This document shows positions 37,573 through 51,000 of a stretch of DNA of 64,000 nucleotides, piece after piece (the first letter of the stretch is position 1; each line of letters opens with the position of its first letter). The stretch is from Curvularia clavata (taxonomy: Eukaryota). The position numbers and the translations under genes are program-made. Location: positions 868,001 through 932,000 of the forward strand of contig CP089277.1 in assembly GCA_023920165.1 (NCBI GenBank), read 5' to 3'. The notes beneath the pieces are model-generated. The model had not been told where the DNA came from and made no database searches. It saw nothing but the letters and a program-made list of their open reading frames with translations.

Positions 37573-40500
37573 TGGGGCGGCTGCGTCACTTGGTGGGAAG
37601 CCTGGCCCCCTACAGACCCATGCGGCACGCGTACGCCTTTGGTTTAGCTTATTCTGTGCAACGACCTTTTTCCGTTGCTGGATCATGAGGCCAGCGGATT
37701 CAATACACACAGCCAGACGGCTAACATTGCTCATTGGAGCCACTTTTTGGATTTTCTTTCTGTTTCTCTTTTGCGCCGCATCGCTGCCTTCGCCTCCGCA
37801 TCGTTAGCATTTCTTTTCTTGTTTCTCTTTCTTTTCTTTCTTCGACTATTCTTTCCTTCGCTACTTTGCGCTATTCGCTTGTCTTTTCTTTTTTTTCCTT
37901 ACTCGACGAACTACTATACCCCCCTTTAGCAGCGAGCAGCAGCCGCACAACAGCAATCACTGCCGCAACACACCGGCACTACACCATTTTCATCTCATTC
38001 CTTTCGTAAAAGATTGTAACCGCTCGCGCGGGCCATTACCCTGTACGCTTCACTCTAGTGTCTCGATTATTGGTTTTCTATTTGCCTGGTACAGCACCCA
38101 AGGTTTGGAGTAACAGGGTCTGGAAGGGGGCAACGGGTCTCGTACATGACGCTGTAACCCATAAGTGGCTCGATATAGTTGCTCAACCCCTTGCCGACAC
38201 GACGGGCTCAACGTAAGGGCGTTTTTATGTTTTGCAATGCTATTAATGCGTCGTTGGACAAACGTACGATTGTGCCTTCCCACGCTTCTGCTAGTCATTT
38301 TCCTTGACATTATTGATAAGTCAGGGCGCTGGGATGTTTGGTGCGGGCACGGGAGCAGCACTGACGCGCTGACGCACTGAGCAGATCGCCATGGCCTGCG
38401 CTTGTGAACAGATGGTACTTGCCGCTCCGCTTGGGGCCCGTGCGCTTGCCCACCGTCTCGAACACGCAGGGCCCCCCGTTTGCACCAAGGATGCGCCCCG
38501 GTCGCAGACGTCGACCTCACAAAGTACCGACGTGTGCGCTCCGAAATTACAAGGCGCTTTTCTCACAGTCTGACGGGTAGCGGCTGCGTTGGCCCCAAGA
38601 AGCAAAAAAAAAAAACATGGACTCAACATGGGAAATGCACACCTAACAATCCTAGGCGCCGTTCAAACACGCCGCTGGCGCATAGCGGCCTTTTTCATTC
38701 TCCCGCAGCCGCCGCCTCGAGCACAGCCCAAACGGAGCTTAGGCCCTTTTGCGCACTGATAAGCCATGGCTGCATGCTACCTACTCTTTCTTCTTGTGCG
38801 TTGTGGAGAAAGCGAGGAAAAAGTAGGAGAGAAAGCAACAAAGAAAACGAAATTGTAGGGGCACCAGCGGGGAGAGGGACATGACTAAAGATGCTGCTAC
38901 AAAACACACTATTGCACGAAGACGATACCGATACGACACAAGTTAGTCGGTTCTGTGCTATACTAAGCCCCCTTCAGACAATGACATCGATGACGCCAGC
39001 GTTTCTCCTCAAACACATCCACATGTCAAAAATAGCGGAAGGACGGCAAGTGGATATTCAGCAATGCAAATCACGTACATATGTACGTAATGTTCTGTCT
39101 CTGTCTCTCTCTGGCTGTGTGTCATGTTCATATCTATGATCCTCACCATGGACCTGAAGTATGTGTGCGTGTACCTGAATACAACAAGAAAGATCTAGAC
39201 CACGCACGAATATGCAGTTTCTTGAAAAGACAAGTAAGGAAGAAAGAAAGAAAGTAGAATCCAAGAAAATTCGCCTCATCCTTCCACATTCTTCAATGTC
39301 CATGTCCCCATCCCTTCCCCCACGCCGCCTCCTCGCTCTACCCATTCACTCGGGTCTGCCCTCCCTCTCGTCTCAAACCCACCCTCAAACCTAACACACG
39401 AAAAGAGCCTCTCCTATCAGCCTCCTCCCTTTTCATCATCATCACAAGCCCTCCCGCAACTTAGTCTTTCGCACCTACCCGCCCATCCGCCCTGCATTCT
39501 CGCTTCCCTTTTCTACATCCTATATCCTCTGCATGCTTAAACTTTGCGGCCGTACGAAGGGCACCCGCTTCCCCCCCGGTTTTTTCTCGCCTAGCCGAGT
39601 TGGCGGTACGTGCAGCGCAAAACCCTTTGTATGAATGGGTGTAAGCAAAAGGGAGGCGCAAGGCCAGATACGTGTACGTGTTCTATGTGTCTGTGTGTTG
39701 GCTTGGGTTGGGTTGAGCATATGCACGATGATCCTATCCGTTTTCTCGTTCGTCTCCACGGGGAATGCGTGCCAGCGCGGATGTGGGCGCCGGTGCCGGC
39801 CGCGACGGATTAGGTCCGCCCCGGTTGAGAGGGAAGGGGGGCCTTTAGGGCGTAGTAGGCGTGGCGTTTTTCTCGCAGCGTTTATTTTATTTTTTGTCAG
39901 CCACGACCGTCTTCCAAATCCTTTTCCTGCTATCTGTTAGGGTCCCCGCAGGTACAAGTCGCGTTTGGGAAATCCGGGTCGTCATTCTTTTTCGGCCTGG
40001 TTTATTTTCTTTTTGGGGTGCCTTGCCTCGACTTTTACTAGTTTAGGATGCGCGCGAGTCAAGATTAGGCCGAGGTTTGATTTCAGCTATCAGATGCTTA
40101 CAGGGCTTTTCGTAGATCGTTTTTTATCGCATTTAGAGATTGGAATGAAGGGGTGGGGGGGTCCAATGGTGAGACGAAAAGGGATGTGTGTGTGAGCGTA
40201 TTGATTGCAACAGTCGAATATGCAATGCGGTGCCGCTGAACTCCGCAGAAGCAAAACGCGTTCATTGCCGTGCTTTTGCTTTGTTTTTTATGCTTAGTTC
40301 TCGTACTTGCTTTCTTCTTCCCGCGCTCGCTCGTTACCGGCGGGATAGAGGTCTAGATTGAGCAAAAACCACTGTATCGCTAATGCAGGTAGCCCGTTTA
40401 TCTTGTCTTCTTTTTGCTTTTCCCTTTTACTCTCGCTCTCTAGCTAATGCTTCATTTTCGTCTCACCTTTCCCATCTTCTCTTTTTTCTTGCTCGCTTTT

Positions 40501-43500
40501 TTGCTTTCTTATTTGTCGCAGTGTACCCTGTAGTCGGAACTTGTTTCAACGTCTAATTGGGTATGCGCTGCGAGCGTAGTAAAAAATAAAGAAAAATGTA
40601 TTAAACGTATGCTTGTTCGACTACTGTTACTCCGCGCGGCTGTACTTGCGCAGGAAAAGACAAGACGTTAAAAAGAAACGCCGAAAGCAGCTAACAGGCT
40701 TCCACAAGCCGACTTTCCGCCAACCTTGTCCTCGTTCGGCATCTCTCTCGGCATGGTATGCGGTCTTTCTTTTTCCCCTTGTTCCCCGGCGCAGCAGAGT
40801 GGGAGATGGCACATCGCATTTCTACTGTTCGTTTTCGTACTGGTGGAGTTTCTTTTTCGCATTTCCTAGTACTCGGCTTTCTGGGATGATTGGAACCCTT
40901 TGTGGTCTATACAAAACCGGTTACGGTACGGTCCGACGCCGGAAGCAGTAGGCACGACCATACCGTATGGGGGCGAGATCTTCATGTCGCCTAAATGGTA
41001 GATGTCTCTGAACTTGAACTATGAAGCAGTTAAATGCAAACCTATTGAAACCGTCTGACAAACCCAACTGGCTCTTTGTTACGACGGATAGGGTTTGACA
41101 CATGCGAAGGATACGTCATGCATTTAATTACCTGACATTGCGGTGCAACAGTGGCGGATACTCGTACGACATACCTGTCGCAACCAGTCCACCGATCACG
41201 GTTGGAACACGGGCGAGATGCGCATCGCCAATCTCCTTTTCCAAAAAAATCCGTAGCACGCATTTTTAAACTTTGTACTTTTTTTCCCTTATCGTATCAG
41301 GTGGAGATGACACATTTCCGTCCTTATGCGAAAGTCTCTAATGCGCAGCACTCGCTCGGACTATGTACAAGTTATGTTCTCGCGATATGCGTCCTAGACC
41401 ATACACCGCGATGATCGAGGAAGCGCCCCAAAAACGCCCTGAGTGCAAACTACAGTACACTATGATTTTGGCTTTGGCTTTGGGGAGGCACCAAAATGGA
41501 ACTTTGCGGGAAATGCTGCAGGAAAAGACGGAAGCGTTTCTCTTGGCTAACGTACTACGCTTCCTAAGCCTTGAGAAAAAGCCCATTGTCGTCATCTCGC
41601 TTCTTTCTCCACAGCTCCGTTGGTCTAGTTTGTTTTGTTGTTCGGAGGCGTATCTCCGCTTTACGCCAAAATAGCCAATGGGTTTCTTGCACAAAAGTAA
41701 AATGATACAAGAATGTCCGTTCCGATCTAGGCTCCCCCGCATTCAGTGGGGTCTAGATGGTCCGCGATGCGCAATGCACAATGCGCTGGCAGATCGGAAT
41801 AGGGACACAGATGGCAAAACCTCCCAATTGCCATGCTCTTTTTGGGTTGACTTTCTCATGTTGTGGTACCTGCGTGTGCTGGATACTCACGTGATCAACT
41901 TTCAATGCTGTGTAACGTCGCATGGGGATGAGGGGCTTGGGCAGAACCGGCTAACAATCAGGATTTCTGGGAGCAACAGGATCCAGGCCTATGGATTATC
42001 TTCTCGGATAATACACTGACCAGTAAGCGCATGTCACACGGACAAGTTTCTAGCCTTGCCCTTAGCTACGTACGGTAACATTCGTGTGGTTTTGGGTGTG
42101 CACTTAAAGCAGTGTCATGTGTCGCGGGAAAGCGACAGATCGGTAGCTGCAGAATTCACGGCAAAATATGACAGCTAGAAGGGCTGGAATCTTTGTATAG
42201 AATCTAGGGACTGCATAAGCAATATAGACTGTTGTTGCATGTGAAGAAAATAATTCTATCCTCTTGCCGGTTGCTGACGTCTACATTCTGTCTTACACTC
42301 CCTGTCAAACCTACTCTTCTGTTGCCCGGAATCCATCGCTCAGTTGTCAACCAAAGTATATTGCATGAACCGGTCCGGTAAGCGGAATCTACGGAGTATT
42401 CAACAGAGGCACGACTCGATATCATGCAGCAACGCACTTGGCGGTAAGGTTTTGCATTGACGAATGTGCGTCATGTGTACGTTGACTGCTGTCAAGACGC
42501 TGATTGCCATCATACGATTCTCTGTAAGCGACGATCTCATCCCTCGCTCTTCCAGCATCATACTTGGGTTGATAACAGAGGCGTGAGTTAAGACTAGCAA
42601 TACCGTGGCTGCTTGTTTCATCCGAATTGGCTGGCACGAGTTTGCCGTACGACGCACTATTGAAATATCATGCTCACCCCACGTAGGATAGCGACTCACC
42701 GATTCTGCACGGCCATGATTGCCCGCTACGGGTGATGTTTTGCATCGCCCGAGTCAACTTCCCCGCTCCCGTCCCAAAATGGGTTTGCAAGCTGTTTAAC
42801 CGTTGAAACACGGGTCGAGGTGGAAGCGTTGATGCCCATTTATGGCCCCTGATCACCAATCGGCTAGCGAGAGAGCATGGTAGATGCTGGAGTGTTCATT
42901 ACGCTAGGGTTGTGAGAAAGAAGGGTTGCTAACCCCCAAAGATCCCTGCCGCGAGCGCCACTCAGGGACAGGCGACGTTGCATCCTGCGATACCCTGAGT
43001 AGCGAGTGCTTCAGGATCATGGCTCTTTTCGTAGTGCGCATCGCGCGGCCTCCGAATGAATTACCGCAAAAGGATTCCTTGTCTGCCTCGAGAGTCTAGA
43101 GGATCGAGGTTTCAAGACCATCCCTGGGAAACGAGTCAGTCACAGCGGATATAGCCTCGGAGCAAAATTCTACGCACGCGCCCTCAACGCGCGCGTTATA
43201 CCATAGGGCCAGAAATGATGAAAGCGTCAGGATGCAGAAAAACTGCGCCGTAAGAGGCGGCAGCTCCGGGCATTGTGGTTCTTCGTCCAACTGGTGCCCA
43301 ACCGGATAGGGAATACTTTGAAACGGTTTCATCACACCATTAGGCTATTCGGGCATGAACTGTCAGGTACCGTGCGGTAATCCTGGTGAGAGCGATAAGT
43401 GATAGTCGAGTAATAAGGACTGTCAGTGCATGCGGGGTAGCCTTTGGAGAGACTGAAATTTACACAGCCCACTACAGAGTACATACTACGGCGTCGGGCA

Positions 43501-44581
43501 AAAACTAGTTGTAGCGGTTGCACGGTCGAAACTTGGTCTGAAGGTAGAGCTGTGTGTTTGAAGTTGAAACAGCTTGGGCTCGCTGGCAGTATTCGGGAAT
43601 AAACAAGTGGCGATATAGTAAACGTTCCGCGGCCAGCGATGGTTCACAGCTGCACCCCAAACCAAATTTGCTGGCATACACATGTTGTCTAGTGGGGCTT
43701 CAATGTAAGAAGTAGCGGGACCGGGACAAACTAATTTTGGCGCATGAAAATGTGTTGGAATTTCACAGGCTGCTCTGATTGAACTAGAAAACAGTCGATG
43801 TCATCTTTGCGTCGTTTGTCATCCAATATCAATGGCTGAGAGAGGGCTACCGGTTGTATGCGATTTGTCCCCGCACAGTCATCGAGCTGACACGGACCGT
43901 CGCGCTCCCCGAGCGGCTGAGAGACGGCTTGTTAAAGCGCTCTTCGTACACGTGCACTAGACTGGTTTTTCCCTGCTCCATGATGAGATATTTGCTAGCA
44001 TGAGCTCTGCACCAGGCGTAGTGGAGGGTTGGCTTGGGTCGAGGCTGGTTCGGGGGTAATGTATGTAGGGTAATACTGTGGGGTATCTCGTGGTACGGTT
44101 CTCGTAGAATCCCCTCGGCAATACCCCGAATAGTCAGGTGGTCGCTGCGGCATGCAGGCAGGCTGCAGTCTGAACGCCATGTGCCTCAACAATCCCTGCG
44201 AATGAATTTTTTAATTGGTCAAACCCCCTCTTTTACAAGAGCAGCGGTGTATGTATCTACTACAACTCGGTATGGGACGCGCGATGAGTTGGTAATACAT
44301 ACATGACTGTACATCATGTAGCTGCGCTCTGGTCGCTGTTGCCACTGCCATAGGGCAAACCCCTGCAGAGGAAGTATGCACACAACGAGGAACTTAAACC
44401 TGAATCCTGAGCCATCTGAACACGGTACAAGCAGTGACAAGTGCGCGACGGGCCGTGCCCAGCAGTTCGCCCACACTTAGCGGTGAGACTTCTTAAGCGC
44501 CAGCGAGGGTCGGGCCTTGCCAGCCAAAGGTGTGCGGTCCGCAACATCGATTGTCAGATTCCAAACAGTGCAGACGTCATC

Positions 44582-47308
44582 TCAGCTGATACGTTCCTCC
44601 AAAAGATCCTTCACGCTTTGTTCCCCCAACTCCGGGAAGAGACGCAGAACAATCAATTCCACAATCTGGAAGATCAGATGCTTGTTGAGGTACGTGTCAT
44701 CGAGACAGCCTAGAACCTCTTCGACCTGTTGAATCTGGGCTTCGCGATCGTCGCTCGCGAAGAAGGTTGCGGCTATCTTAGCTGGGACTAGGTTGAGGAG
44801 CGTGGCGGCACAACAGTGCTTGATGCTCTCGATCTCTTCGTCAGTTGGGACTTGACGTGGGGGCCCAAGCGCGTTATTGGGAAAAAGTGTTGCACGGAGA
44901 GTGCGAAGCGCCACTGGGAGGAAAGCGGGGTTCAGAATCCTGGTGTGTATAGTGCGGGAGAGAAATCTGCAGATGCTCATGGTTAGTGTCTGAATTATGA
45001 TGTTGACAGATGAAGCCCATTGGTGCGAAACAGAGCAAATGCGCGTGTAGTGTCCTCGACAGCTAGGCCAGTCTGCGGGACAGTCAATTGGTGGTTGAAC
45101 ATGACGGAGACGGCAGTGCATGGGGCTAATCGGTCGGACGAGGTGGAGAAGGATATTGATGTGGTCCACAAAGTGAGGCGTATGCCCATGTCAAGCGAGA
45201 TTGACTGGTCGTACCAGAGCGCAACTGAAAGACTTCGCAGCCAGCCCAAACCATAACCAAAAGTCCGGGTCATTCGTCATTCGTCGATTGTTTCAACAAG
45301 GGCGCACCGGGCGAGTGAAGCGTATGCTTGCTAGGATGGCTACTCCGGCAAGATGACAGCAGCAGTGTTGCAGGTCGCTAAGGCGTAAAGAACGAAAAAC
45401 GAGGCGATGTCAGCTGGTGGCATGGTCGGAATCTTGGGCTAATGCTGTAACCCAGGCGCAGTTCGGCCAGTCTTGGGATGAAAGATCGGTGAGACGGCTC
45501 AGGGTATGCCGACCCTGTGTAGGCTCCCCAGCACGCCCTGTACGCCGACGGAAAGCTGTGCTGCAGAATTGTCTCGGCCCAACTGTAAGCATCGTGCATT
45601 CCATGGTGGTGTTTGGCAAGACTGTGTCCAAAACGTGTCGACTTGCCGCCCGGAACGGGTGCTGAGGCTTGCATGAGTCGATGCGCCACGGCAGGGATAA
45701 TCCAGTGTGTGAGCCTGCGGGCCGTCGCATTCGCTGAAGCGAAGTCAAGTGACTGAAATCGTATGCGAAGCCATCTCACCCTGTCTCGCACGGACCAGTG
45801 ACGCCCCGACGACTGGCCAACCACGGCATCAACATCAAGAAGAGGAGATTGTCGCCACTCACCTGTCCAATACACCGTCCGTCTCACCCACCCTGCCTGG
45901 ACCGACCAAGGCTCCACGATGGAGCATTGAGGTGAAACCTGATAGCCAAGGCATGCGGACATCTAACTCAACAACCTGTGCTGCACAGCTCCACAAAGCC
46001 ATACTCACTACGGGCCGTTTGCCTCCCAACGGGCGCTTTGAGGTCATAGTCTTGGTTTGCGGCATTTGCAATTGGTCAGAAACTTGACCCGATGACTGCT
46101 CGCTTGTGACATATCTTGACGGCAGAGAAGATGATGTCGCCAGACACAAAATCGCCGCGCGCGCCGCAGTAAACGCCAAAAACGCATATTGGATGACGGC
46201 CCAAAAGAGCCCAGTCGTGGATACTAGCAGCTGCCGAGGGTGCTGCTGCTCAGCATCTAGTCGCTCACTCGCCCTGGCTTCCGTCCCCTGCTGTGGTAAA
46301 AGGCCGTAGCGTTCCAGCCGGTTCAGCGATTGCTCTCCGTTAGGACCTTCTGATTCGAGACCAGTCTCTTTCGCATCATCGGTTTGCAATACTTCGGCGA
46401 TTCTTGTAATACCCTCCCATAGCACCCACCCCTCACACGCTTTCCCGCTGATCCCGTTTCCGAGAATCATCTCTGCAAAGATCTCAGCCACCAGTGCCCG
46501 AAGGCAACCATTCTTTAGATCCTCAGTTGGTAGCAGCAGAGCCAATACCCCGTGAACAAGCAGTTGACGCCACGCGGACTCGCTTTCCCGTTGTTCGAGA
46601 ACTGAAGCCGGGATGATATCGGTTGGGACAGGAGAAAGTGCAGGGTGTGGGTGGAGCGTATGGTAAATCGTACGGGGGTCTGATGTTAGTGAATTGCATG
46701 AGGTGGCTTGACGCTTCGCTATGCGAAAAGCTGGCCATAGAGCATTAGACACACTCAATGCAATAACCCAGGGATCGGAACCACCTACAGCTTAGATGGG
46801 ACTGGAGTATTTCAGGGATCTCGTCTAGTAACAACGATTCCAAATCAACTTTTCTTAAGCGCTGCTCAAGACCCCTGGTGCAATGAGCAATAATTTGAAT
46901 CACCTCGTTGACAAACACTTGGTTCGGAGTGATCTTTGAGTACCACGTCTGTACAAATTCTTTGATGATCACAGAAATGATGCCATAAAGCTGGAGGTCG
47001 ATCGCATTTGAGCTTGTCAAAGGTGGTAGTACGTCTTCAATAGGCCGTGGTGTGCTGCGTCCTTTCTCGCCGTTCCCAAGTAGTACGTTGTGGGAGCACA
47101 GGGTGCGTCGAATAAAAGCCGCAGTTGCTTTGTCCGAGGTAGTATCTGTTTGAAACTTCTGAGAGTCGACTAGTCGAGTTGGACTCGTAGCACGAGCATG
47201 ATTCGGCAGTTTGCCGCCTGCATTCCCTGGAGTAGATGGCATTGGGGCTTGAAGGGCTGGCGGCTGCGAAAGGGGGATATCAAAATCCCGGTTCATGCTT
47301 TCTGACAT
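44582..47308 (-). CDS. PXA-domain protein; exons 47308-46789, 46730-45863, 44966-44582 (second intron 896 nt)
   Basis: LPPLTSSNAIDLQLY..IIKEFVQTWYSKIT..SLLLDEIP (PXA), YHTLHPHPALSP, LLLPTEDLKN and C-terminal LNKHLIFQIVELIVLRLFPEL. GTGAGT donor at 45862 and CTAAC..CAG acceptor at 44967 keep the frame (DR|FLSR). Confidence 0.85.
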
Positions 47309-47534
47309 CGCAGGGTAGTTTTCATCATTGTCTATGCTCAGCAATGATTTGGCCACAACGTGAAAGACTGTTATGCGGTCGCGGTGAAGGTCGTTGTTGA
47401 GGGTAACTGGAATGTGAGCTATGACGACAGCTGACCGCTGAGGCAAGGAAAGTTTAACCGAGACTTGGCACCAACTCTCGTGACACCTTGACACGCGCCA
47501 ACGCCTCTTCACGGTCCTCATTATTCACAACAAC

Positions 47535-48064
47535 ATGGCGACCCTAAGCCCTGAAGGTGCGTGATCGAACACGGTTCTTTGGATTTATGCTCACGTATCT
47601 GGAAGCGGCGATAATCGAGGTTGAGGCCCAACTCAAAGACATTGTTCAGAACCTTTACAACCTTATTGTGCAAGGATATGATCATCATGGCAACACTACG
47701 CAAGAGGCTATGAAACGTGAGATGTATGTCTAAATCGCTTGTTCGTAGTTCAACGTATCCCTGACGAGTGTACAGTCAATCGCTGGTTCAAAATCTAGTG
47801 AAACTGTCGAGAACCGCACCTTCCGTGCAAATCGACATACCACCTGAAGTCATGTCCTATGTCGAGAATTCCAGGAATCCTGATATTTTCACTCGCGAGT
47901 TTGTGGAGACTGTTCAGCGAATGAACCAGATGCTGAACGGCCGTATCGATGCATATCGCATGCTACAGGAGCAACTGGCATGGCAAGTCTCCAATGCTAT
48001 TCCGGAGCTCAAAGAAGACGTTATCTCTGTAGTGGAATCTACGGGGGGAAAAGTACCAGTATAA
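47535..48064 (+). CDS. MED10: Mediator subunit Med10/Nut2 (3 exons)
   Basis: QLKDIVQNLYNL..IPPEVMSYVENSRNPDIFTREFVE signature; divergent from the PXA gene across about 226 bp. Confidence 0.9.
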
Positions 48065-51000
48065 GAATATCAGCTTCATCCTCACGCTTACCAAAGCTGG
48101 CATTCGGAGTCGAGATCATCGCAGGCGCAGATCCATAATTTAACCCCGACCTGTGCTACTTGAGTATTTGATCGATTTGACAGACAAAAGTCTCTCGTCA
48201 AAGCACCACGTCTCAAATGAAAGAATGAGGATGTGAGGGATCACTTGCGGCAGTTACCCGATGACATAAGGAATGGACAGAATTTGCTGCCAAGTTGATA
48301 CGCAATGGGACGCCAGAAAGAGTAACGACATTTGGAACACACCCTTCAAAAGCATTGAAGAAGCTTGTTGGACCGATCTTTTAGCACAGGCATTCATACG
48401 ATCTGTGAGGAAGGTACTGATCAGTTTTGAATCATTCAAAACATTGGCTTTCTGTCATGATCGATTGTTTGCGTATCAATACGCTCAGACATAATGAGCA
48501 ATAATTATAATTTCAGCTGCCATGGATTCGTTGTCTTGAGTCGCCTTTTTTTTGCGCACTGAATCATACTTTGTATTACTCGCATCACCCCTTACTCGTA
48601 TTAGCCATACGGGGTATCTCGATTTCATTATCATCACAACTTAGTGTGATACGACTCATGTTGACTCCTGACTGCGATCTACTTCCAGGCCATCTCCCTT
48701 GATGTTCTTTCTTGTTAAGCCAATGCATAATTCTTCTCAGAATTTAGGTGATGTATTAAAACATAACATATATTGCACAGTTTTCCTCTGAGACGAATAA
48801 GTATAGCAAGAGTGGACAAATCGGAAGTGAACGGAGATCTGGCATAGGAACTGTAGCCGTGACGCTGTGACTTTCGGGCCGATAAGAACATTTCATACAT
48901 AAAAGTGTCTCTCCAGGCCGGTATTACGCCGTGCGAAACCTTGTCTCCACCGATTAGCGATGATATTGACTGGGGCTTGCGCGTACATACATATAACAGG
49001 TGGCCTAAGCAATCTACTAGTCGTAAGCAAAATTTCCACATTTCCGTTCATACAAGTGTTGGAGAGTTGTTGTATAACCAAGGAGTAGATCACTAGGTTA
49101 TGATCTTCCAGGCGGGGTTCATACTTTTCAGAACAGTATAGACCTTTGGAGGATATCTGGAGTATAGAGCTTTTGTTTCGTATCAAACCTGATCCTTGTG
49201 ACTCGGTCTTACAATGTCATCATATTACCTCCTCTCAGGCAGCGAAGTAAGTTTGTGCACCGTGAATCAGAAATGAGATCCTGGTATTGGATATGTATTG
49301 TTACCAATCTTTCATATTCATATATCTAAAACAAGACACGGAAACGCCTCTATTTTGGAAAACGCTGTAGGCTATACACCTTCACACACTTGAAACACAA
49401 GGAGTTGTAACAATATTCAGAGGAAACAACAGTTGAGACCAAGCCATTGTATGATCACAGCAGGATTTCTCACCCTTCAGATCATGTAAATCAGATCGTT
49501 GTTTGCATTTCCTTTTGCCTAAAATCTCCACACATGCACTAGCTTCTGCAGGATCCCAGAGATGACATGGTTTGAAATCATTCTAGTCTCTGCTGAGTAC
49601 ATCAAGCAATCTCGAATACGCTGTGGTAGACACGGCTCTTGTTAGTAACAAACTGATAGCACCAATTTTCAGGACCAAGCAGATTTCGGGACTGATAACC
49701 ACAACCAAAAAGGCGAAACTGTTGCTCAAAAACTTCATCTCATTTCATTTATAACTTTTTCAATGAAATCAGATTTGCGAGAAAGAAAAAGAGATATCAA
49801 CTCAGTGACAGATAATGCAGATCGAAAAGGAACTGATGGGATTGGGTCATTGACGACACCGAGTATAACACTTAAACTGATGGTCGCGGCAGCAGCCCAC
49901 ACGAAGGTAGATCCTATTCACCGCTATTCAGTGTGGCCCTTCTAGCCTCCATATGAAACTCAAGCGCCAAAGCAACCAAATGGTATCCTTGGTCCTAAGT
50001 AAGTGTTGATTAGATTATACAATATCGCATCCGACCACAAAACATGAATATCAACTATTTATGTGAACCAACAAGTTAGATGGGAAGCAGACTAAATATT
50101 CCACAATGTGTACATATTTGAGGAGCTCCAATATAGCATTTTCCTGGATTCGATAATCTAAATATTCATGGGATGGATTTCTAGGTGTTTCAATTCACGA
50201 TCATGCTTTGCACGCCCACTATACAAGGTGTTCAAAGTTGGATCACTTATTACTTGTAGAGAGCTTCCATTGAATATTTATAAACCTGGGTATGAATGAA
50301 ACCCTATACCAATGGTTCAAATGGCAGCTACAAGTGGTAATATTGCGTTGGTGTTATTTACAAGATAGCATAGTACTAATACATCCAATTCTCGTTACAA
50401 CAAATTACAGAGATCAGAGATCAAAGAAATATCAGAATAATTTCAAGGCATTCACAGAGAGGACTCTGATGAATAGCCAGCGGCAATATGATTAGAGCCC
50501 AAAACATGATCGTCATAGTCCTGACCTTCTCGTCCGAGCAGTGCTACCCGATTCTTGACACAGAAGTAATTTAGTCGTCCACCTTTACTATGACATCCAA
50601 TCTCAAAGCAAGACAAGCTACAGCTAGCTCTGTACAACAGGTATCGTGTTTGAAAAGAACCAAGGCCGTGAGCCCAGCCAGAAGCTAAAAACACCTTTTT
50701 GTAGCACATGTGCTACTGACATCATACAACAGCGCATTTCTTCGTTGCACCATGTCATTTTCTGTCCTATCTTCTTATCATTAAATAGAAATGACGGGGG
50801 CCTTGTCAATGATGGGTTTATTTTGAATGAAGCTGGGCTATAGGATATAATGAGCCTGACGCTGGGCATAATTTGCTGAGAAATGGATGTGTTAAACCGC
50901 TAGCTGAATTGAACTGAATCATTTGTCAAGAGAAACAATTTGTTCGATTTTTGAGGATTGTCACGATGTCTTCTACTTCTGAATGTTCCAGCCCCGGGAG

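Noticed and set aside
39935..39944. ACCCTAAC on the minus strand as a possible telomerase RNA template
   Set aside because: Only 8 nt, expected by chance, and no convincing pseudoknot or other telomerase RNA elements were seen nearby.
45655..45710. TPP-riboswitch-like words (GCTGAG, CTGGATTAT) in the PXA intron
   Set aside because: The words lie on opposite strands and the conserved aptamer core order is not met.
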